Source: Lingula anatina
Lineage: Eukaryota; Animalia; Brachiopoda
DNA length: 64,000 nucleotides
Direction of reading: 5' to 3'
Assembly (NCBI GenBank): GCA_051362555.1
Contig: CM120648.1
Coordinates: 19,898,587 to 19,962,586 of the forward strand
The position numbers were made by a program, and so were the translations under genes. Shown in pieces: positions 1 to 10,703 of the stretch; position 1 is the stretch's first letter; each line of letters begins with the position of its first letter. Below the pieces are notes generated by a model. The model did not search any database. It saw only the letters and a list, made by a program, of their open reading frames with translations, and was not told the origin of the DNA.

Positions 1-99
1 AATTAGGTATGTCAGGGTCTACATTCTTATTTTCATCAAACTGGGACTTAGAACTGAAACGGACATGAAGCCCAGTGGTAATCAAATTTTCTTAATGTC

Positions 100-1075
100 C
101 ATGTTTTTAATAGATGATTAAAATTTTGTGGTATTTTTACAGTTGACCATTATTGCATCAAAAACCTACTTTGTGCACTATCACCATAACGTTATAAAAT
201 GAAAACTGTTACCTATTTTTTTATTTACAATAAATGGTTCTTAGGATTGACAAACAGCTTAAATTAGAAAACCAGCTCTTTTGAATTATTGTTTTTATCA
301 AATTATGCATTTTTTGTGAAATTTTTATTTATCTCATTCTGGTGTGAGCTTGAACTCTCATGGGCCTGAAGCCTTATGCTTACATCGTTATATACTGTTG
401 TGCATAATTAAATTTTGGGGTTGACTGTGCAGTTAAGCATTGTATTACATTAGAACTGACAGCCTCCTATTTTGTGCATTATTATTTTCTGCTTTTTTAA
501 AATTGTGACTTAGATATTTCATGGGCCTGAATACTGTTGCTAGTCACATTTGGGTGACAAGCCTCTAATCTTCCATTGGGTAACTACTAGCTAAATTCAG
601 AGCTATAAGTTCACTTGCCTAAATTAAGTTTCAAGTGGCAATAAAATGAGATCATATAAAACACACATGTTGAGATTCCCTGTAGACTCCCATAGGTTAA
701 GTTCTCTGCCAGATAACAGTGTCCATAATAGGGAAGCAGTGATAATTATGCAGATAAATGTTGTTTAATTTTGCAAATTAGTTTTCAAAAAATTATTTTG
801 TATAATGCCAACATTAATGCTAGTTTTAAAAGCAGCTTTACTGAAATGTTTTGTTTTTAATTTCTTTCAAACACTGAGGGTTTCAACTCAATTTTTAACT
901 CCCCTCCACCTGAACACTGCACATTTTCTGTTTTCCCACAAAAGCAGTTGTATTGGTATTTATGTATTTCAGCATTATGTAACATTATATTATTCTATGC
1001 ACTGCTTTCATATGTCAAATATTGTGATTTTCATTACTAGTATGTGAATTTGAACTTTCGTGGTCCTGAAACTGT
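100..1075 (+). mobile_element. Internal fragments of HINE family A (approximate limits)
   Basis: Motifs such as gaactctcatgggcctgaagccttatgct and ggaagcagtgataattatgcag recur in the family A copies at 15680-15720 and 53940-53970. Confidence 0.5.
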
Positions 1076-1328
1076 AATCTTATCATAGGGGCAGATTGGG
1101 ATCGTCCTCAAGGTTTTCAGGAAGACGGTCAGATTTTAAAGTTAACATTGACGGGTATCTATTTTTTTTGTTGGAAGACCATCTAAAATGGAGGGTGGAT
1201 TAACAAAGATATTTTAAAATACTGTCAGAAAATACATTTGGATCCGCTCCTGTTATTGACCATGTTACCTGTTGTGCATGACTTAAATTCAGTGTCGATT
1301 GACCGTGCTATTACAAGTATTATTTATT

Positions 1329-1367
1329 ATTGCATCAAAATGAGAAAATAACCTATTTTTTGCATCT

Positions 1368-1398
<31 letters not shown>

Positions 1399-1988
1399 TT
1401 TTGTCTGTAGACTTGTCCTTCAAGAAATACATGCCTTCAAGAAATCGACGAAAACTGGAAGTGCATGTTTTTTGCACTGTTTTTCCTGTCATGCCCATCG
1501 TAAACACTGTGTTGTCAAGTAAAAGGAAGCGTCTGATACAAAGTATCAAATGCGGCATTGACGTGCTTGCTTGCGATGTGTTCAGTACACTTTGTTTACA
1601 CTGACAAGTCGAGGTCAGAAATGCACAATGTTTTTCTATGTAATTACGCAGTTTCAATTTTGATTAGTGAATTTTCTTTTATCTGCACGGTCATTTTCCG
1701 AACATATGATAAGCCACGAAATATTTCTCATCGGAAAATCACCCAGCAGCTTTCCAAGTACAAGCGAGTGACGTCATGATGCACTTCCGGTTTTCGTCAA
1801 GATCTTGAAGGGATTAGCGTTATGGTTTGCTGCACATTTAAAGCGGTCTGTCTCAACATGTACTTGACTGCTTGGATTGAAATTTACAGAACTTATTCTT
1901 CACATGATATCACACATATGTGCTTAATTTGAGAGCTTTAGCTGTTATATATTTTCTACAGTGCCCATTCAAAATTGAAAAAGAGCTA
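1329..1988 (+). repeat. Interspersed repeat; uninterrupted paralogue of 40263-40295 + 43749-44384
   Basis: Near-identical text (ttattgcatcaaaatgagaaa...(ttta)n...cccattcaaa.ttgaaaaa) at both places; a more diverged inverted copy lies at about 17441-17630. Confidence 0.85.
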
Positions 1989-2403
1989 TTTTCCGTCAAT
2001 TTTTCTTGAAGGGCAGGTCTACATTTGACAGATTTGCTGTCTTGTTTTATCTGGGTACAAACACGACAATTTAATTTTCTGTAAAATAAGTCTTCTTTAT
2101 ATGACTGAGGATTATTTTTCTTTTTGCCAAGGGATTCCACCTTCTATGTGTTTTTTGTTGGCCATTATACCTTATGTGCCTTGAAGACTGGACACTTGAT
2201 ACCAATTATACTTGATCTTATTAGACGCATTTTCGATGTAATTTATTTATTTTTATACAATATTTATAGACCAATATCCCAAAGTTATATGTTAAAATTT
2301 TGTAAAGAAATTCCTTTATCTTAGCCACATTTTTGTTTACTTTAAGATTGAGTCATTTTCTGCTAGAATGGTGTTTGATATTCTTCTTCTCTTTATTCTA
2401 CAG

Positions 2404-2436
2404 CCGCTCCACCTGCCTCTCCTGACAGAGCAGCAG
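2404..2436 (+). CDS. Roc-COR-caspase gene, 33-nt micro-exon (xAPPASPDRAA)
   Basis: Strong acceptor ttcttcttctctttattctacag and donor cag/gtaagt; phase 1-1, joins exon 3281 in frame (g+tg=Val). Confidence 0.65.
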
Positions 2437-3280
2437 GTAAGTAGTGCACATGTAGTAAAACAAGATTCCGTCTTTTGCTCATAATCTGCAAGAGTTGTTC
2501 TTAGCTTGTCGATTAAGTATGTGAGTTCCTGCATTCTTATTTTCATCAAACTGTATTAATAATGTTATATTAAAATTGACTATACCTTACAATTTTAATT
2601 GATTTTAATGAATGTTAAAACATTCAGTATTTATCACCCAGTTATGTTTTGAGCTTACTCACTTGTATTCAACAGAGAGGATACATTTTTAAGAAAAAAA
2701 TGTTTTTTTTTTTGGAAATTGCCGATAAACCTTCAGAAACAGATGAAAGCTTCTAATTTATTTGATAACTGTTTCACAAAGTTAATTGACACTAAATACA
2801 TTCAAATTTTGTCAATGATTACAATACTTTTTTATGCTAAAAAGTTTTATTTTAACTGCACTGTTTATTGTACAGTCCTTTTCAAAGGTGAAAGTGGATC
2901 TCATACCTCTGGGGAAGAAAACATGAGTAGTATAAGAATGTTGACGATATGTCGATGTATGAACAGTCCCTGACAAATGAAATAAATTAGATTGAAAGCA
3001 TGTCTATAAAGATTAAGGTCTAGTCTCTCACAAACCCCCCCCCCCCCCCCCCCCCCCTTGAAGAAGGCACATCAGCTGAAAACTCAATTGGGCGCTTGAT
3101 ACCAATTATACTTATTACATGCATTTTCAATCTAATTTATTTATTTTTATACAATATTTATACAATATACTGCGGGATTAATACGATGATTTGGATAAAT
3201 ATGCACGCATTGCAATACATAACAATATGCATTATGCTAAAATCATTTAGTTTGGACATAGCTTATTGTATTCATCGCAG

Positions 3281-3526
3281 TGGCAGAAAGGAACCATCTA
3301 GATGATATTGACAAGGAGCTATTGGAAAAAATTGAGAAAATTGCCCGAGGGGAAGATGTGGAGCCAGAGAAACAGGTCACAATTTGGGATTTTGCAGGAC
3401 AGGATGTCTACTACACCACGCACCAAACATTCCTCTCAGAGCGGATCATCTACTTGTTGGTATTCCGACTTGACCAGGACCTCGATGATAAAATCCGTGT
3501 ATACAGGGGAGAGAAGACGCTGAAAG
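3281..3526 (+). CDS. Roc-COR-caspase gene, Roc exon (G3/switch II)
   Basis: ttcatcgcag acceptor, aag/gtattg donor; VTIWDFAGQDVYYTTHQTFLSERIIYLLVF is the typical Roc DxxGQ..Y..TH..F signature. Confidence 0.92.
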
Positions 3527-3792
3527 GTATTGTTGAGCTTTATATCTTTACATGTATAAGCTACTCAGGGCCCTGATGTAAATAATGGCCTATCAACTGT
3601 GTGTAATTTCTTTATTAAAAGATCCACATTTTTAAATCTCTCTATTGCTCTTAATATATATATATATATATAACATTGAGATTTTAGTAGCGTTAATTTT
3701 AAATGGTTCCGATGAGTGTTTTGGATTTTAATATTCTAGTGATTTTAAGGATTTTAGTTATATTTACCATTGTAAGCCGCCCAATAAGAAAC

Positions 3793-3823
<31 letters not shown>

Positions 3824-3914
3824 TATTGGCGCTATTTTTTAGCAATGCTGAGGAGAAAACACTGATTAATATTCATCTTTGCATTAACATCAAGGCTTTG
3901 TATGTATTTTTCAG

Positions 3915-4039
3915 AGTTTATTATGTTTTGGTTAAACTCAATCCATATGCACACTATTGGAAAATTGAGGGAAGAAGACAAAAATGCCATGCCATACGTC
4001 TTGATTATTGGAACTCATAAGGACATGTTATGCCCACAG
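3915..4039 (+). CDS. Roc-COR-caspase gene, Roc exon (G4)
   Basis: tttttcag acceptor (phase 1), cag/gtgaaa donor (phase 0); EFIMFWLNSIH...VLIIGTHKD matches Roc WL.SI and GTHxD. Confidence 0.9.
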
Positions 4040-4083
4040 GTGAAAACGCTTTTCTTATCACAATTATTCAATTACTACCATAC

Positions 4084-7000
4084 TTATTGTACCACCAGCG
4101 TAGGCGCTGGCGGTACACATGGTTTTAGTCCCGACCCGTATGTTCCGCCGGTTCCGTCGGCGCCTGCGGCTCCGCCGCCAAGTCACCGTTACCGCTTCTC
4201 CTCCTAGACGGTAAGGGCCTCCATACCCATCTCTTCGATTTAGGTCACCTATAATCTCAACATGTCCACGTAAAATTTGGGCTTTGTCGGTATTGGGGTC
4301 TAGGTGTGGCACTTATTGCAATGCACCCTTGTCCAAAAATGGCAAAATTAAATGCATATTATCTCCCCTATGGAAGGAATTATGGGAAAAATTTCTACAG
4401 ACAGCTTTCCAAAAGTCATATGTGTAGATTTCAAATATGCCCTTGGATTTGACCTTTAGAGTTTCGAGTTACGCTGTATCCAAAAGTACATATTGGTGGT
4501 GAAAGCAAAATGTGCAGTACGGTAATGGATAATAAATTTTGAACTCCGGAAAAATAAAACATAAGGCTTGGCAAAGCAGACAACTTGTGGTCAAAAATGA
4601 TATTCTTTCATCAAATTTGAACATCTGGAACTTCAGAGCACCTCCCATTTCAAGAATTTTGACCAAAATGATGTTTTCTTTATTTAAATTAATCTTTTCT
4701 GTAGGAAATTTATGGCACATTATGGTAACTCAAAAATTATAACATTTAGTCCCTTATATCTCCAAAACTGGCAGAGATAGGTCCATAGTTTCTATTGAAG
4801 TTGAATAGGAAGTCATATACTGGCAATCTACATGTGACCTTAAAATTGACCTTTGACCTACTTTTCACCATGAACTAAACTTTGCAAATTTTGATTCCCT
4901 TTTATCTCCAAAACTGGCAGAGATAAGTCCATAGTTACTATTAACCTTTTTCATCTTTTGCGGAAATACGAAGTGCGCATGACAGGAACCGCGCGCCACA
5001 GGGGTCATGGTGGTCCTCTGCTGTTTCCAGCATGGCAATGCTAGGTGTAGATGATGTACAAGGTGCGCATATAAAAAGGTCGTATGAAGCGTGCATTGCT
5101 TTCTGTCAAACTAAAAAGGTGGCTGAAGCACAGAAATGCGTAAACTGTAGGCAAGAAACAGCTATTTGGACGGAGAATCAAGCAATTAAATATTTTCTTT
5201 CTCAGTTTAAATACGATGCGCTTTACAACTAGACTTCACCTAAGCGTCCGAGCCTTGGCTGCACTTTCAATAGTGATGACGAACTAAAACTACGGAGTTC
5301 TTTTAAATGCTTCCGATAATAAAGATATGCGAAAGAGACTCGTTATTTTTATATATATAAAATCAAAATAGCCAGTAGACTCGTACACAGCTTTCAAGAG
5401 TGTGGACAGGTGCGCAGGCCTACGTCTCCACAATTTTGTACATGTTGTATGCAAGCTGTGGCGATATCACCTCATGTACTGGCAGTGTCATTTCATTACG
5501 ATTTTTATGTCTTGTTTGAAGGATATCTTAAGAGATTTTTAAAGAGATAAAATGAAAAGATTTCCTGCATTGTTTGACTCGTAAATACTGTGTATACAGG
5601 TAAAACTGATACGCAGATCGTTCGTCGGTGAACTGATTAAATCGTTTGGTACCTGATAAGGCATCAGGTGTTACTTGTTCAATTGTTCGGTAAGGCGGGC
5701 GGCCACGACTACGACCTTTCTCTGTAATTAAAACCTTTTAAGTGTTAAATAGGTGAGACAGGAATTCTTGACTCTTTCCCAGATGATAATTAAAGTTTAC
5801 CGTGTCTTACTCTAGTATATGCACAAAATTTACGTCAGGTAAAAAATGTCAGCCTTTCGGTCTGACAAGTATGAAAATTTTGTCAATCTGAAACAAAAAC
5901 AAAATTATAGCAAGAGCCCAAATTATTTGATTTTTAAACATTTTTATGCGTATTTTCATCGTTTTCAATCACAGACAATTAAAACATTCAAATAAAGTGT
6001 TTCCCACACATTTCATACTTTTCAACTATCTAAGACAATTAAATATACGTAGGCCTACTTTAATACTAAGCATATTTGTATTACTTTACAAATACGTTGT
6101 TGGATTATGTTTATTATCCATTTTGTCTTTACCATACATGTATTATGTATGTGTAGCTTACAGAAAGGCTTTTCTGCATTTTTTGTAAAAATATGCCCAT
6201 TGAATTTTCCAATGCTCTTGTCATTGAGTTCAGAAATAAATAACTTTTTATTTCGCCGATAACGCGTTCAACAAGAGCCGATGTACTTTCTTCTTCGTAT
6301 GTCTCTGTTGATCTTGATAATATGAGCTCCGTTTGTACAAATCAGTAATACGTATACGGGACTGAATACATAATAATAAAAATTTTATTAACGTCTCACG
6401 TTAAAAAAATAGAACCCACCCTGCTAAGGGTTATTAGAGACTAAAACCTGTGATGGGCCTACAACATTTAAAATGATCACTTATCAATAAAACACACACA
6501 AAAAGGATATTACATACAAAACTTTTCAAACCTTCTCTTTGTTGTTACACAAAAAGTCGTAAAAGTTCTTGAATTTTTTGTAAGTAGAATCCCCGTGTAA
6601 AACTTCAAAGCTTTTACTTTCTTTTTCCATAATCTCATGCTTGAAGTCTTTTCTTAATTTTTAGGCCCCGGCCTATTCTTCAATTTTTTCTTCAAATCTT
6701 TATAATGTTTTTTTTCTCGCATTTTTTACCCCGAGTTCTATTTGCCGATAGTTCGTTATATCCGTTGTTTAACTAAGCATTTCTGTTTTTTATTAAAGCA
6801 CCGTTGATCTCCTAATATTATAGTTTTTCTTACCGCCTTCGAAATGTTCAGCGCAAACGCGGTGCCCTGCTTTTGATACAAACTTGCTATATTTTCCTTT
6901 CTTTCCACCATATTTTTCATTCTAACGGGTTTGTTGGGAACTTATTAAACCTCATGTGTCGATCTCGCTTACTGTTATTGTAGTAGCGGGACAAAAAGCA

Positions 7001-7970
7001 CGTAAACCCAGCCATGGTTTTAAGCACCGCTGTAAGTGTTTCGACGTAGCAGGGCTCCCCTACCCACAATGCAATTTCCATTTCCGGAAAAGATGAAAAA
7101 GGCTAATTGAACTTGAATAGGAAGTCATATACTGGCAATCTAAATGTGACCTTAAAATTAACCTTTAACCTACTTTTCACCATGAACTGAACTTTGCAAA
7201 TTTTGCTTCCCTTTTATCTCCAAAACTGGCAGAGATAGGTCCCTAGTTTCTATTGAACTTGAATAGGAAGTCATATACTGGCAATCTACATGTGACCTTA
7301 AAATTGACCTTTGACCTACTTTTCATCATGAACTGAACTTTGCAAATTTTGCTTCCCTTTTATCTCCAAAACTGGCAGAGATAGGTCCATAGTCTCTATT
7401 GAAGTTGAATAGGAAGGCATATACTGGCAATCTAAGAGTGACCTTAAAATTGACCTTTGACATACTTTTCACCATGAACTGAATTTTGCATATTTTGCTT
7501 CCCCTTTATCTCCAAAACTGGCAGAGATAGGTCCATAGTTACTATTGAACGTGAAAGGAAGTCATATACTGGCAATCTAAGTGTGACCTTTAAATTGACC
7601 TTTGACCTACTTATTATCAAGAACTGAACTCTGCTAATTTCTTTCTCTTTTAATTCCAAATCTGGCAGAGATAGGCGAATAGTTACTATTGAAGTTGAAT
7701 AGGAAGTCATATACTGGCAATTTACTGTGACCTTGGAATTGACCTTTGACCTACCTTACGATGAACTTAACTTTGATTGTACCATTTTTAGTTATATATA
7801 TATTTTTTGCATATTTTGAAAATTCTTGTTGATTGCATTTTTACAGCTTGTTAAGCACAAGACTGGTGGCTGTGTTCCTTATTTTGTGTATGTGGGGGTC
7901 TATACGAATGCGCTTGCTCCAGCTGGTGGTACAATATTCAGAGGCGATATCGCCTCTCTGATCCTCTAGT
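4084..7970 (+). mobile_element. Helentron-associated non-autonomous element (HINE family B) with 146-bp tandem core
   Basis: 5' hairpin gtaccaccagcg-tagg-cgctggcggtac, 3' subterminal IR gctggtggtacaata, terminal palindrome agaggcgatatcgcctct then ctagt; 146-bp units start at 4757, 4903, 7215, 7361, 7507. Confidence 0.75.
4942..7105. mobile_element. Non-autonomous TIR DNA transposon nested in a HINE B repeat unit
   Basis: TIRs taacctttttcatcttttgcggaaat / atttccggaaaagatgaaaaaggcta; host unit tactATtgaa is split with AT duplicated (4940-41, 7106-07). Confidence 0.75.
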
Positions 7971-8301
7971 TCTATGTATAATTTGTATCCCTTCAACCAT
8001 ATCACGATTCCTGACGAGTGACTTAATTATTTAGAAACTTTTCACTATGTGACTATTTGTGGATGGCATGATTTAATGTTGGGGGAAAAGGGTGTCCCTT
8101 GCCCACTGACTCCATCCTAATTTTATAGGTTCATTGCAGCACACCCATTTTTCAACTTGAACGAAGTGGACTATATCATATACACATATATACATGTACA
8201 TACACACACCCTGGTAGATGTTTTCTTTCGCTCTGACACTTAAGCATTATTATATAGTAGTGAAAAACTACAAAAGAATCTTAACATCTTTTCATTCATA
8301 G

Positions 8302-9472
8302 GGCGAGGTTGAAAAGATTTTTGATAAACTCAAGAAGTGTCTCGATGACAAGCAGGTACTCAAGGACCACGTCTATCGATATTTTGCCATAAGCAACTTG
8401 GCCGAAGACGATGAGGAGTTTGCTGAAATAAAAAGAGCGATCGAAGATTTGTGCGGTTATAGCAGCGACAGTGAGGCTACCGTTCAACATCTTCCAGTGA
8501 GTTGGATTAAATTGGAAATGAATTTGACAAAGAAGAGTGAAGAAACACCCATCATAAGTATTGAAAAATTGATGGAAATGGCGCAAAGGGTAGGACTCCC
8601 TGATGGAGAATTACAAGAAAAATTCATTCCTTACCATCACCGTCAAGGTGACATCCTACACTTTAAAATTGATGGACTGGAAAGTGTCGTCATAATAGAT
8701 CCACTTTGGTTAGCAGTTGTGTTTTCTGCCATCATGACCCCGGCCAGCATTCACTCTGGATGCAGTCGCGGCCATGTCCTGAAAGATGAGCTTGAAAGAG
8801 GAGTCCTAAAAGAGGAGGTATTTGATGAGTATCTAAAAGAATTCAAGATGGCCGAAAAAAAGACTGAAATCATTCGACTTATGCTGCATTTCGACTTGAT
8901 GTTAGAAATATCCCAATCAGTTGAAAACCCTCTGCCTGGACATGGAAAAAGAAGATTCCTCGTACCCAGTATGCTGGTATCAAATAACAGTGCGAATGAG
9001 ACAAATCCGCAGAAATATTTGCTTATCGCATTCCCTCATATTCTGTTTCCTACTGGGTTATTTCATCGTCTGACCATCCGTCTTCTAAGGAAGTATAAAG
9101 CTCAGCAATATAAAAATAACATCCCAGTTGTCGGGTTTGACAGCGCCTCCTTCCGCCTGGCTGATAAACAGTCGGTGCTGCATCTCGCCATTGAAAATAA
9201 GGCCATGAAGTTGTTTATAACTAACGCCACTGGACTCCCTCCAAAGACTCACGTGTATTCAGAAGCAAGAAAAACAGTTGAAAACGAGTTGACAGTCCTT
9301 CGGGATACATACTGCCCCAGGATGCATTTTGGCTACAGCATCAGGTTAACAAATGACGGACCCAATATTCCAATAAATGCACATGACGTCCAAACAGCCG
9401 ATTCCATATGTGCGTATGTAGAGAACTCTGAAGTGTCGGTAGATTTAAGGCCATATCGCGTTTGGTTTTCTG
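8302..9472 (+). CDS. Roc-COR-caspase gene, Roc C-terminus (G5 region) plus COR domain exon
   Basis: ttttcattcatag acceptor (phase 0), ctg/gtaagc donor (phase 1); 390 open codons with COR motifs LPVSWIKLE, HRQGDILHF, VIIDPLWL, LMLHFDL, FLVPSML, FPTGLFHRL. Confidence 0.92.
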
Positions 9473-10141
9473 GTAAGCAGTTTGAAATATCATGTAGTGT
9501 TGTTGTGAATAGACATTAGGCCCTATGCTATTTTAACATAGAACATGCATTCCGTGTTAATTGGTTCACAGATCTTAACATTTTAAAAGATCCCTGATTA
9601 CACAGCATGTAATATCTGAAACCAGATACCATTAGAAAATTTAGGTTTGATTAGTTTTAATTTTCAAAATAATTTATCGGGAAAAATATATTAAGGATAT
9701 TTCTGTTTTGTACATATATTTTTGAAAATATTGATTTTTTACACAAACACTAATGACATACAATGTTAGTTATTTCTTATGAATACTCAATTGTATATGC
9801 AATAGACTAAAAAATGCTCAATTAGAAATTAATGGGAAAATTTATATTAATCTACCCTTCTTAAATGAACTATGTACTTGTTTGTAACATTTTTATTAGA
9901 AACAAAAGGCAAGATATCGTATTCAGATTTTACTCAAACGTTGTGAATTAGCAACCTGTGATAACAAGTCATTAGAAACATGTCAGTGAGAGATAAACCC
10001 AAAATTAACAATCATTTCGGAATGACACTTGGATTTTGAAAGGAAAAGTACGGCGTATGATAGGACATAAAGTATTTTGATGGGGCCCTAGAGGCCAAGT
10101 ACCAATATATAATATATATTAGGCCAATCTTACCATTTTAG

Positions 10142-10191
10142 CAGCCCCAGAGAATCAAGACCGTTGTGCAGCCAAGTGTCCTGAAAACGAG
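10142..10191 (+). CDS. Roc-COR-caspase gene, linker exon (AAPENQDRCAAKCPENE) with GC donor
   Basis: ttttag(cag) tandem acceptor; gag/GCaagt donor; converts phase 1 to the phase 0 needed by the caspase exon at 10514. Confidence 0.7.
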
Positions 10192-10234
10192 GCAAGTTAT
10201 GAGCTTTTAAATACGTTTGTGTCTAAGTACTGCG

Positions 10235-10322
10235 CAGCAAACACAGAACGTTATTATAACGTTACCATATCATATGTCCAAAAACATTTTGGTAACATTA
10301 TAGGAACGTTCTGTGTTTGCTG
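10235..10322. mobile_element. Tiny MITE-like inverted-repeat element
   Basis: cagcaaacacagaacgtt ... aacgttctgtgtttgctg inverted ends. Confidence 0.6.
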
Positions 10323-10513
10323 ACCATTATCCTCACTTGCACAAGTTTTAGTAAGACCATGAAATTAAATGTACTCGTATATACACAATCGTAAGAAAAA
10401 TTGGATACACTTAGGCATAAATGCGCACTTTTCACTCTGTTACACTTGCTATACGACCTCCGATATTTCTAATGATAAATTTCACATAAAGACAGTGTAT
10501 GTGTGCGTTTCAG

Positions 10514-10684
10514 TACAAGAACGATTCCGAACCGAGAGGTCGTGCACTCATTATCAACAACAAGACATTTGCCGTGGACTGGCTTCCAGAACGTGATGGT
10601 ACCGACGTAGATGTTTTTGCCTTGAGGAAACTATTCCGTTACCTCCATTATGAGACAGACGTTATCAGTAACCTGACTGCACAT
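10514..10684 (+). CDS. Roc-COR-caspase gene, caspase p20 exon 1
   Basis: tttcag acceptor, cat/gtgagt donor; YKNDSEPRGRALIINNKTF...ERDGTDVDVFALRKLFRYLHY...NLTAH is the canonical caspase large-subunit start. Confidence 0.92.
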
Positions 10685-10703
10685 GTGAGTTCATTAATAA
10701 GAT

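Noticed and set aside
1388-1779. Short ORFs duplicated at 43676-44051
   Set aside because: Lie in an interspersed repeat; indels between copies shift frames.
4941-7106. piggyBac assignment from left TTAA
   Set aside because: Right side is CTAA and the host repeat reconstructs with an AT duplication instead.
8398-9519. Stand-alone 373-aa gene as given in the ORF track
   Set aside because: Starts at TTG inside an exon bounded by good splice sites at 8302 and 9472.
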